Part shown: positions 54,052 to 64,000 of the stretch, in pieces | How the letters are laid out: the number at the start of each line of letters is the position of its first letter | Position numbering within the stretch: the stretch's first letter is position 1 | IMG/VR virus record: IMGVR_UViG_3300046777_002520 | Span: 1 to 64,000 of that record | Length of the DNA stretch: 64,000 bases | Reading direction: 5' to 3' (one strand) | From: a virus | Made by a program: the position numbers and the translations under genes | The notes under the pieces: generated by a model | Database searches by the model: none | Told to the model about the DNA's origin: nothing | Seen by the model: the letters and a program-made list of their open reading frames with translations, nothing else

Positions 54052-55134
54052 ATGCGAGTAGGCATAGTACTTAACTACACTCGTCACGACTCCACATACG
54101 CTGCCTTAAAAACAGCAGAAGTGATAAGAGACTTAGGTTACGGCGTTCTGTTCTTCGACAAAGCAACCAAAACAAACAGAGCAAACCTGCACGCTTACTG
54201 GGACGACTTTGTCCAGGCGTCTAACGACGTTGACTTTGCTTCTTGGCTGGACGAGTGCCAGGTTGTTCTTTTCTTTAGCTATCCGACGTCTAAGGAAATA
54301 AAGCTGGTAAAGAAGAGGGGCATATCGTGCGCCTCGTCGATAACCTGGGACAGCATAGATTCTGAAACAGTTGCTGCCGTAAAGCCGTGTGACTTTCTGG
54401 TATGCCCCTCGAAGGTGCAGTTAGAGTATTTCAACACCTATTGGAACCTGACAAACATCAACTACGTTTACTACGATTCAAACTGGTCGATAACCAACAA
54501 CGAGCGTATCAACTCTGAAAAGCTGCGAATTATCACGGCCTGCCCTGGATACCAGATCAAACGCGTTGACTACAACAAGCTTTTTGATGCCCTGAACGAA
54601 GCCCTTGAAGCCTGCCCAAACATCGACCTTGATTTCCTTTACTCGTCGAAGGTGGCGAGCCAGGTCAAGGTAAACCTCAAAAAGCATGAGAAGACGTTTT
54701 CAGGCGGTAACGCTTTATCGCTTATCGACGATACGACTGGCTGGTCCGAGGGTCCGTTGGCTTACTCTCTGTGCGACGCCGTCTTCTGGCCGTCACAGCT
54801 TGAAAGCTTTGGGTATGTCGGACTGGAGGCTATGACTGTAGGCACGCCAGTGATTACTTATAATCACTGCCCCATGAATGAGTTTATATCTGACAGGGTA
54901 AATGGTATCTTGATTCCATGTGACACCAAGCAAACCGAGCTTGGTGTGACTTATGTAGAGCACAACCACAGGAAAATTGTTGAGACCTTTAAGCTGATCA
55001 ACAACGATCCAGGCGTTATTCACTCAATGAAAAATGCTAGCCACAAGTTAGTAGCCAAGCACAAAGAAGACTTTCCAAAGTTCTGGGAAGACACAATAGA
55101 TCAACTTATATTGCTTAGGAAAGAAAAGCGATGA
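54052..55134 (+). CDS. GT-B (GT4-like) glycosyltransferase
   Basis: WPSQLESFGYVGLEAMTVGTPVITYNHCPMNEFI..NG.L. Confidence 0.85.
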   Translation: MRVGIVLNYTRHDSTYAALKTAEVIRDLGYGVLFFDKATKTNRANLHAYWDDFVQASNDVDFASWLDECQVVLFFSYPTSKEIKLVKKRGISCASSITWDSIDSETVAAVKPCDFLVCPSKVQLEYFNTYWNLTNINYVYYDSNWSITNNERINSEKLRIITACPGYQIKRVDYNKLFDALNEALEACPNIDLDFLYSSKVASQVKVNLKKHEKTFSGGNALSLIDDTTGWSEGPLAYSLCDAVFWPSQLESFGYVGLEAMTVGTPVITYNHCPMNEFISDRVNGILIPCDTKQTELGVTYVEHNHRKIVETFKLINNDPGVIHSMKNASHKLVAKHKEDFPKFWEDTIDQLILLRKEKR

Positions 55135-55859
55135 ACGGCGAAAACGTCATCATCATTCCAGCTCGCTTGGATTCAACCAGGCTGCCAGGTAAGGTGCTGC
55201 TCAAGGAAAGCGGCAAGTATTTGCTGCAGCACGTTTACGAACAAGCGGTTAAGAGCAAAGAAAAGGACATGGTTGTCGTCGCCACGGACTCCCAGGAGGT
55301 CGTGGACGCCTGCAAGGAGTTCGAAGCCAACTGTGTCTTAACGTCAAGACAGCACAACAGCGGCACGGACAGGGCTTGCGAGGTGGTCAAGGGTCTGAAC
55401 GTCAAAAGGGTCGTAAACGTCCAGGCTGACGAGCCGTTTATTGACCCTGTTGATATAGATAACCTTTTCTCGTTTTTGGAGAACCACGATTGCAAACTTG
55501 TTACTTTGTGTGTCGAGCTTGACAAAGAAGACGAGGATAACGAAAACGTAGTCAAGGTTTACATAGACTCTTGCGGAAAGTACGCTGTTACTTTCAGCAG
55601 ACATATTTTGAAGGAAGGAGTTTCTGACCTGTTTTTGGAGCGTCACGTCGGCGTTTACGGCTACACCAAGGATGGACTCCTCACCTTTGCCAGTATGCCT
55701 CAATCAGAAAGAGAGAAAAGCCAGAGGCTGGAACAGCTCAGGTGGCTGGACGACGGCCTGGACATCGCGGTTATAAGTTCTGTGGGGCGGTCTCTTGGGA
55801 TCGACACGCGAGAGGATTACGACAACTTTCTAGCCCAGCTAGAGAAAGGACAGCAATGA
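55131..55859 (+). CDS. kdsB: 3-deoxy-manno-octulosonate cytidylyltransferase (CMP-Kdo synthetase)
   Basis: IIPARLDSTRLPGK.L; SGTDR; VNVQADEP; RHVGVYGY; E..RLEQLRWL. Confidence 0.92.
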   Translation: MNGENVIIIPARLDSTRLPGKVLLKESGKYLLQHVYEQAVKSKEKDMVVVATDSQEVVDACKEFEANCVLTSRQHNSGTDRACEVVKGLNVKRVVNVQADEPFIDPVDIDNLFSFLENHDCKLVTLCVELDKEDEDNENVVKVYIDSCGKYAVTFSRHILKEGVSDLFLERHVGVYGYTKDGLLTFASMPQSEREKSQRLEQLRWLDDGLDIAVISSVGRSLGIDTREDYDNFLAQLEKGQQ

Positions 55860-56233
55860 CTCCTGAAGAAATGCAAGCCCTCAAGTCTCAGGGCTTCGGC
55901 ATCACGACTAACGAAGACCTTGATCTTTTCGACTCGATGATGACCAAGTATCTGGCTGGCATGAAGGAGACAGTGAAGAAGCAGAAAGCCAAACCTATTC
56001 AAGAGTTTGTTGCCTTCTGCAAGCAGCAGCTGCTCAGCAACCCCCCAGTAACCATGACTTTTCTGGACAACGGCTTAGCTCTGCAAATGGCCGACTACAG
56101 CCGAGTTGTTCTGGTTAATGCTGTAGATAATAGCAATAATAAAACAGGCTCCGTGGTTATAACTGACGCTGAGAAAAAAGGTGGTCCAGTTGTATACCGT
56201 CAAGTTGATACCTCAGTACCTATCACGAGGTAG
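55856..56233 (+). CDS. Hypothetical protein
   Basis: Start moved to ATG 55856 (ATGA overlap). Confidence 0.65.
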   Translation: MTPEEMQALKSQGFGITTNEDLDLFDSMMTKYLAGMKETVKKQKAKPIQEFVAFCKQQLLSNPPVTMTFLDNGLALQMADYSRVVLVNAVDNSNNKTGSVVITDAEKKGGPVVYRQVDTSVPITR

Positions 56234-56235
56234 TC

Positions 56236-56529
56236 ATGATGACAGAAAATCAAAAAGAGAAGATCGTCGAAAGAGCCGTCATGGTTGCTGCAGACAGAGT
56301 TGATGCTTTGGTCAGTAGACCAAGCTTTCATCAGCTTGAAGCTCCGCAGGCCATGAAGTGCTTAAAGCAGTGTCTAAAAGCTGCGCTCATGGAAACAGAG
56401 CACGAGCATTACGACGTGATATCAAGAACGAGCAAAAAGCAAATTCTTATTAATCTCAAGTTGTTTAAGGACTCTGAACCCGACTATGATATACAGCTGA
56501 AGTATTCCATACAGGATAACATGCGCTGA
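56236..56529 (+). CDS. Hypothetical protein
   Basis: GAGG RBS. Confidence 0.6.
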   Translation: MMTENQKEKIVERAVMVAADRVDALVSRPSFHQLEAPQAMKCLKQCLKAALMETEHEHYDVISRTSKKQILINLKLFKDSEPDYDIQLKYSIQDNMR

Positions 56530-56533
56530 GGGT

Positions 56534-56941
56534 TTGCGCGTGATCAGCACAGATGTAATAAAGGCTATGGAAAAAGCCTGGGGTACTAACTTCCCAGTTT
56601 TTCATAATGCCAATTTCGAACTGCATCACGCTTTCATAGAGCCAGGCGGCTACTCGTCTTGTCATTGCCACCAGAATAAGTTTAACTTGTTCTACGCAGT
56701 GCGAGGCGAGTTGTACGTCCATTTCTACAGCTCTGAACCAAGTAAGAACAATTTTACAGACATAGTTCACACAGTCATAATTGAGACAGGTGAACGGCTT
56801 GTAGTTCCCCCTAAGGTGTGGCACAGGTTTTACGCTCCTGAAGGCGGTACTGGTGTTGACCTCATAGAGGTTTACTGGAACGCAGACGTGGATCCAGACG
56901 ATATTGTCAGAAAGGATGTAGGTGGCGTATACCCAGTTTGA
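56534..56941 (+). CDS. Cupin-domain protein
   Basis: SSCHCHQNKFNLFYAVRGEL; VPPKVWHRF. Confidence 0.8.
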   Translation: MRVISTDVIKAMEKAWGTNFPVFHNANFELHHAFIEPGGYSSCHCHQNKFNLFYAVRGELYVHFYSSEPSKNNFTDIVHTVIIETGERLVVPPKVWHRFYAPEGGTGVDLIEVYWNADVDPDDIVRKDVGGVYPV

Positions 56942-56957
56942 CAGGTGAGGTCACATC

Positions 56958-57323
56958 ATGTTTGAAAAGCTCACCTGCTGGGTAAAGTCTCTATTCGTTA
57001 AACCTGCTGAGTTTCAAGTACAGGGCGGTAAGCGCAGCTCAGCCTGGTATCCCCTGAGAAACTCATTTCTAGCCAACAAGCGCTGTGCCGTGTGTAACAC
57101 GGACAAAGACCTGGAAGCGCACCACAAAAAACCATTCCACGAATACCCAGAGCTGGAGCTAGACGAGAGCAATCTTGTAGCTCTGTGTTCCAGATGTCAC
57201 TTTGTTATAGGTCATTTATTTAATTACTCTATGTATAACCATGACATAGATAACACTATAACTTACTTTCAATTAATAATAAAGAAAGCGAAAGCCCACC
57301 TCAAAAAACATTCTTCTTTTTGA
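56958..57323 (+). CDS. HNH endonuclease
   Basis: CAVC...LEAHH..P...NLVALCSRCHF.IGH. Confidence 0.88.
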   Translation: MFEKLTCWVKSLFVKPAEFQVQGGKRSSAWYPLRNSFLANKRCAVCNTDKDLEAHHKKPFHEYPELELDESNLVALCSRCHFVIGHLFNYSMYNHDIDNTITYFQLIIKKAKAHLKKHSSF

Positions 57324-57333
57324 GGCTTATCTT

Positions 57334-57975
57334 GTGCCTTCAACCAAGTGCTTGTTCTGTAAAAGGCCTGCAAAGGTCATAAAGAACAAAGACGGAAGCG
57401 TTAGGGTGGTTCGCAAAACCTGCGGCAACAGTCGTTGCTTGACCAAGGCTTTGTCTATGAACGGCACCAAAGGCAACAGGACCAAGAAGAAACAAAAGCG
57501 CTGTCAGCACTGCTCCAAGCTCTTCGACCCAGCGTCTGTGCGACAGCTGTGGTGCAAAGAGTGCGTACCTGATCTGACTCAAAGGCGCAGGATGCAGAAG
57601 TATAAGCTATCGCAACAAGACTTCGATTCGATGTACAATAAACAGCGCGGAAAGTGTAAGCTTTGCCCCAAGCCAATACAGGTTGTTGATCATTGCCATA
57701 AGACAGGCGCAGTTAGAGGCTTACTCTGTAACGGCTGCAACGTTCTTATAGGCTTGTTAGACCGCGATATGTTGTTCCTGGCACGAGCACTTGTTTATAC
57801 GGGTAAAAACAATGCCTTTCAAATCAAAGAAACAGATGCGTTGGATGTTTGCAAACGACCCAGAGATGGCGAAGAGGTGGGCTGCGCACACCAAAGACAT
57901 GAAGAACCTTCCAGAAGAAAAGGAAGAAAAGAAGGAAGCCTCTGTGGGTCAAGAGGCAGGCGCAGAGCTTCTTGA
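57334..57975 (+). CDS. Endonuclease VII-like protein with N-terminal Zn motifs
   Basis: KQRGKCKLC; VVDHCHKTGAVRGLLCNGCN..IG. Confidence 0.85.
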   Translation: MPSTKCLFCKRPAKVIKNKDGSVRVVRKTCGNSRCLTKALSMNGTKGNRTKKKQKRCQHCSKLFDPASVRQLWCKECVPDLTQRRRMQKYKLSQQDFDSMYNKQRGKCKLCPKPIQVVDHCHKTGAVRGLLCNGCNVLIGLLDRDMLFLARALVYTGKNNAFQIKETDALDVCKRPRDGEEVGCAHQRHEEPSRRKGRKEGSLCGSRGRRRAS

Positions 57976-60886
57976 CAAGGCTGCCAATCTCCTGGCCAAC
58001 CGCATCAACAAACCCAAGGTTCCGTTGCCTTCTGCCATAAATCCCAACCGACCAACTGCAAACATCAAGCCTGTTCAGCAGAACCCCCTGATTCCTGCTT
58101 CGCAGCAGTACGGGGCTAATTCCCAGCAAGCTGTGCAGCAGAAAGCCCAGCAACTGGGCCAGCAGCAGCCAGCCCCGAAGATGGCGTTCCTGAGAAAGCT
58201 GGCTGAAGGGCCGTCGCCAGATCTGAAGAATATGATGGACGCGTTTGCGCCCAAGAAGCCAGACACCACGCCGACCGTTCCTACCCCCATGCCTGCTCAA
58301 CCCAAAGGACTGGCTGGTCAGGTAGGCAACCCAATGGCTGGGCGTATCGACACAAACACTGGTAATGCTCTAGGCCAAAAGCCTCAAGTAGCCGCTCCAG
58401 ACTTTTCTGCTCTTCCTGGCTTTGTCAATATGAAGGACAGCCTGCGTCAGCAGGTAATGAGCCAAGACAACCTGGCGATGCACGGCATCAACTCTCGCCT
58501 GGTTAATCCTCAAGACGCCTCCGTAGACCAGATAGCCAGGTTTAACGCGATAGCGCCTGTGGCAGATCTATCCGACAGAAACACTCTTAAGAACCCAAAC
58601 AACCCCTTGTCTGCTGAGATGATTCAGGACGTCATAAACAGAGACGCCCAAAGGTTTAACCAGTTCGCCCAGGAACAGGCTTATGAAGGCGCACCCTTCA
58701 GCTGGGTTGACGCTATAAAGGGCAACACCAGCGCTGCTGATCCTCAGCAAAAGCAGTTAGCAGAGGCTTATTTGCAGAACCGTATTCAGACTACTGCTGA
58801 CGTAGACTCCAGACAGAGACAAGTACAATCTATAACTCAACAGCAGTTAGATGCAGAACAGAAATCTAGAGACATAAACGCCTTTGCAAAAAGGTGGACA
58901 GGCCTGGACGAAGCCACCCTCAACAGGTTGGCTGGCACCGTTCCAGAGGAGCTGAAGCTGCGTGCTCGCTCTGGTGACGCCAATGCGCTTAAGGAGATAC
59001 AGAAGCTAGAGGAGCATTACGCCAATCGCGGTGCCCTCGGCTACGCTGGCGACATAGCTGGCACCGGTTGGGACATGATCAACTCAAACGCAGGTATGCT
59101 GGCAGGCGGTCTGGCTGGGGCTGGCTTGAGAACAGTTGGCAGGGCTGGCACAGCCGCATTGACAAGAAATATGGCCACTAGGGCCAACCTGCTCAACAAC
59201 CCAGCTACCAGAACGTGGTCCAACCTCGCCCCCCGAGCCGTGGCAGCTACGGCCCAAGGCGCGGCCAAGGCTCCAGCGGCTATTGGCGAAATGGCGGGTG
59301 GCTTGGCCCAGGGTATAGGTACTTTCAATACGCAGGTTGGTTTGGGTAGAGAGGCGCTGACACCGATTGTTGGCGAGGATTCAGCCAATACCATTGCCAA
59401 CCTAGCGGCCACTTCGTATTACGGCGGCAAGGGCCTTGTTTACGATCCAGCCAAAGCCCTGCTGACCAAGGGTTTGCCAGGTCTGGCTGCTGCGGCTCCA
59501 GGCATGATTCCTTCTGGCATCATGGCGTACATGGGCGGTAAGGACATCTACAAAAACCGCGACACCATCGCCAACGACTTGAATCCCTATGCCACCGACA
59601 AGGATGTGAACCTCACCAACTTTGACAGGCTCAAAGAAAACAACGTAGGTCCAATTCAGGACGCCGTTGTTGGGGCTGACGCCATATCCCCCAACGCCGT
59701 ACTGAACGCTAACCAGCCTTTGTCGGTCGAGAGCTTCAATAAGTTGCCTCAAGGCTTCCCATCCCACATGGCGGCTATAAACTCCGACGCCATACTGAGG
59801 GAGAACCCTCAAATGGCTGAGCTGTCTGCGCAGGCTGCCCAGCTCAACTCTATCGCTGACCCAGTAGCCAGAGACGCTGCACGCATCAAGTTGAACGGCC
59901 AGGTCCGTGAGCAGTTTGGTAGCAGCCTGGATGAGTTCGAGGCTTTCAACAGCAGCTCGAACAATCTGGTGTCAGCCAATAAGGCGCTTTCTGATTCTTT
60001 CCAAGCCATGCAGGCTTCGGCCAAGGAAACTGATCCGTCAAAGATCAAGGCAGTAAACAAGAGCTACACGGACGCGCTTACCAACTACGAGGCAGTATCA
60101 AGGCAGGCGACTGAGAAAGCTATACCCTTCCTGACCAAGTACCAGGACACCCAGTACAAGAAGGTAATCGCTCCGATGGAGCAAGAGCTTCCTTCCGTGG
60201 CTCAGTCCGCTCAGAAAGCCATGTCTGACCGACTGAAAGGTATAGTCACACCTGAAGGTGAGCAGGCTATAGCCAGAGCAGCTCAGATGCAAGAGACGGC
60301 TAACAGACATAGCTACAGCAACGCCATGCTGTCGCTTATGAAGTCTGGAAAGATTACCAAGGCAGACCTGGACCTCAAGATGGGGGCTGACCCCACAGCG
60401 GCCAAGAAAATGATCGACGGTTTGTTCCAAGGCAAAGCTGTAGAGACCACCAACGCCACGGAAGGATACAAGATTGATCCAAACACGCTGCAGCCTGTGC
60501 CTACCAGCCAGTACAAGGACAACTCTGCTGCCGACGTTCTTGCCGCCGACAGCAAGCGCAACATCGCCACGTCTTTGAACCAGCAGTCCAACGGTGGTCT
60601 TGAGCAAAACCCAGGACTGTGGTCAAAGCTTACTAATGAAGTATGGGGCAAGATGCAGCCTTGGGAGAAGACTCTGACCCTAGGTGGTTTAAGCCTTGGG
60701 GCTATCGGTTTGTTTAGTAGCCTTGCAGGTGGAGACGAAGATGAGGAAGATGATGAGGACAGCGGCGGCAGCTTTATGCCGTTGTTAGCTATCGCTGGCG
60801 GTGCAGCCGCTTTAGCGTCACCGATGGCTAGGTATTTTGGTGCAGGCAACACTCAAGCCCCTCAACAAGGGCAGCAAGGAGTTTGA
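57812..60886 (+). CDS. Large Ala/Gln/Gly-rich putative virion or ejection protein
   Basis: About 1024 aa from ATG 57812; MPFKSKKQMRWMFANDPEMAKRW N-terminus; C-terminal hydrophobic segments. Confidence 0.7.
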   Translation: MPFKSKKQMRWMFANDPEMAKRWAAHTKDMKNLPEEKEEKKEASVGQEAGAELLDKAANLLANRINKPKVPLPSAINPNRPTANIKPVQQNPLIPASQQYGANSQQAVQQKAQQLGQQQPAPKMAFLRKLAEGPSPDLKNMMDAFAPKKPDTTPTVPTPMPAQPKGLAGQVGNPMAGRIDTNTGNALGQKPQVAAPDFSALPGFVNMKDSLRQQVMSQDNLAMHGINSRLVNPQDASVDQIARFNAIAPVADLSDRNTLKNPNNPLSAEMIQDVINRDAQRFNQFAQEQAYEGAPFSWVDAIKGNTSAADPQQKQLAEAYLQNRIQTTADVDSRQRQVQSITQQQLDAEQKSRDINAFAKRWTGLDEATLNRLAGTVPEELKLRARSGDANALKEIQKLEEHYANRGALGYAGDIAGTGWDMINSNAGMLAGGLAGAGLRTVGRAGTAALTRNMATRANLLNNPATRTWSNLAPRAVAATAQGAAKAPAAIGEMAGGLAQGIGTFNTQVGLGREALTPIVGEDSANTIANLAATSYYGGKGLVYDPAKALLTKGLPGLAAAAPGMIPSGIMAYMGGKDIYKNRDTIANDLNPYATDKDVNLTNFDRLKENNVGPIQDAVVGADAISPNAVLNANQPLSVESFNKLPQGFPSHMAAINSDAILRENPQMAELSAQAAQLNSIADPVARDAARIKLNGQVREQFGSSLDEFEAFNSSSNNLVSANKALSDSFQAMQASAKETDPSKIKAVNKSYTDALTNYEAVSRQATEKAIPFLTKYQDTQYKKVIAPMEQELPSVAQSAQKAMSDRLKGIVTPEGEQAIARAAQMQETANRHSYSNAMLSLMKSGKITKADLDLKMGADPTAAKKMIDGLFQGKAVETTNATEGYKIDPNTLQPVPTSQYKDNSAADVLAADSKRNIATSLNQQSNGGLEQNPGLWSKLTNEVWGKMQPWEKTLTLGGLSLGAIGLFSSLAGGDEDEEDDEDSGGSFMPLLAIAGGAAALASPMARYFGAGNTQAPQQGQQGV

Positions 60887-60887
60887 C

Positions 60888-61004
60888 ATGTCGGAAGAAG
60901 TGAGTCTTAACGTTGAGACTTTACAACCGTTTGTGGCGATAGCTCATCCTTTTGTGGTTTATCCGATAGAGGTAGAGCATACACTTGCCCTACCTTCGGA
61001 GTGA
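60888..61004 (+). CDS. Small hypothetical protein (38 aa)
   Basis: AAGGAG RBS; fills the gap between genes. Confidence 0.45.
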   Translation: MSEEVSLNVETLQPFVAIAHPFVVYPIEVEHTLALPSE

Positions 61005-61044
61005 TTTCTCAGGTATATTCAAATAGAGGTATAAGGAGCTAGCC

Positions 61045-61353
61045 ATGCCAGATATTGAAGCGACAGCACCTGTAGAAATTCCAGCCGTACCAGCCAAAGT
61101 CTACGACAAGTGGGTGGTTGAGCGCCTTGTATTCGAGGGCGACGGCATCACTCGACCTCTGGCTGCTGAAGCCTTCATGCTGCCAGCCCGTAAAGACGCT
61201 GACGGCAACTGGGAAGTTTACCCAGGTGGTCGCAAGAACATCTTCATTCCCGACCTGTGGGCTTTGGTCCCGTCCAGGCCTGACTTTGCCCAGGCGCTGG
61301 TTCAGGTGCAGACCGCCCTTGAGTCTTACGGGAAAGAACAAGGAATTCTCTAA
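61045..61353 (+). CDS. Hypothetical protein (possibly tail-associated)
   Basis: AAGGAG RBS. Confidence 0.75.
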   Translation: MPDIEATAPVEIPAVPAKVYDKWVVERLVFEGDGITRPLAAEAFMLPARKDADGNWEVYPGGRKNIFIPDLWALVPSRPDFAQALVQVQTALESYGKEQGIL

Positions 61354-61373
61354 CAAACTCGTTGTTCCCGAGG

Positions 61374-61404
61374 CAACACGGGACTAGCTATCCCGTGTTG
61401 TTTT
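61374..61404 (+). terminator. Terminator hairpin
   Basis: CAACACGGGA-ctagcta-TCCCGTGTTG-TTTT. Confidence 0.65.
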
Positions 61405-61420
61405 CATAGAGGACGCGTAG

Positions 61421-64000
<2,580 letters not shown>

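Overview
This window is part of a large dsDNA bacteriophage genome. It is densely coded, almost entirely on the + strand, and uses the standard genetic code. The host is probably a Planctomycete (inference from small secreted proteins). Layout: (i) 1-1802 is an RNA-guided-system-like locus. An array of ~101-nt structured repeats alternates with 5-nt-periodic GGY-NN tracts, followed by a terminator, a Cas7/RAMP-like gene and a partner gene. This matches the architecture I recall for VIPR-type systems and is not a CRISPR array. (ii) 1.8-15 kb holds tRNAs (Arg-UCU, Ile-UAU, Ile2/Met-CAU, plus a tRNA-like element), CsrA, a DenV-like glycosylase and many small hypotheticals. (iii) 15-17.6 kb holds HldE, a sulfotransferase-like gene and a second CsrA. 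(iv) 17.7-43 kb is replication, recombination and nucleotide metabolism: SbcD/SbcC, SF2 helicase, DnaB-like helicase, primase, UDG-PolA fusion, Dcd, SSB-like protein, RecA-like protein, ThyX, DnaQ-like exonuclease, RuvC-like resolvase and an acyl carrier protein. (v) 46-57 kb is a portal-like gene followed by a ~9-kb glycosylation cluster (glycosyltransferases, methyltransferases, KdsB, cupin). (vi) 57-64 kb holds HNH and Endo VII nucleases, a large putative virion protein and two collagen-like (G-X-T) fibre genes. All protein calls come from motif recognition by eye; no searches were run.
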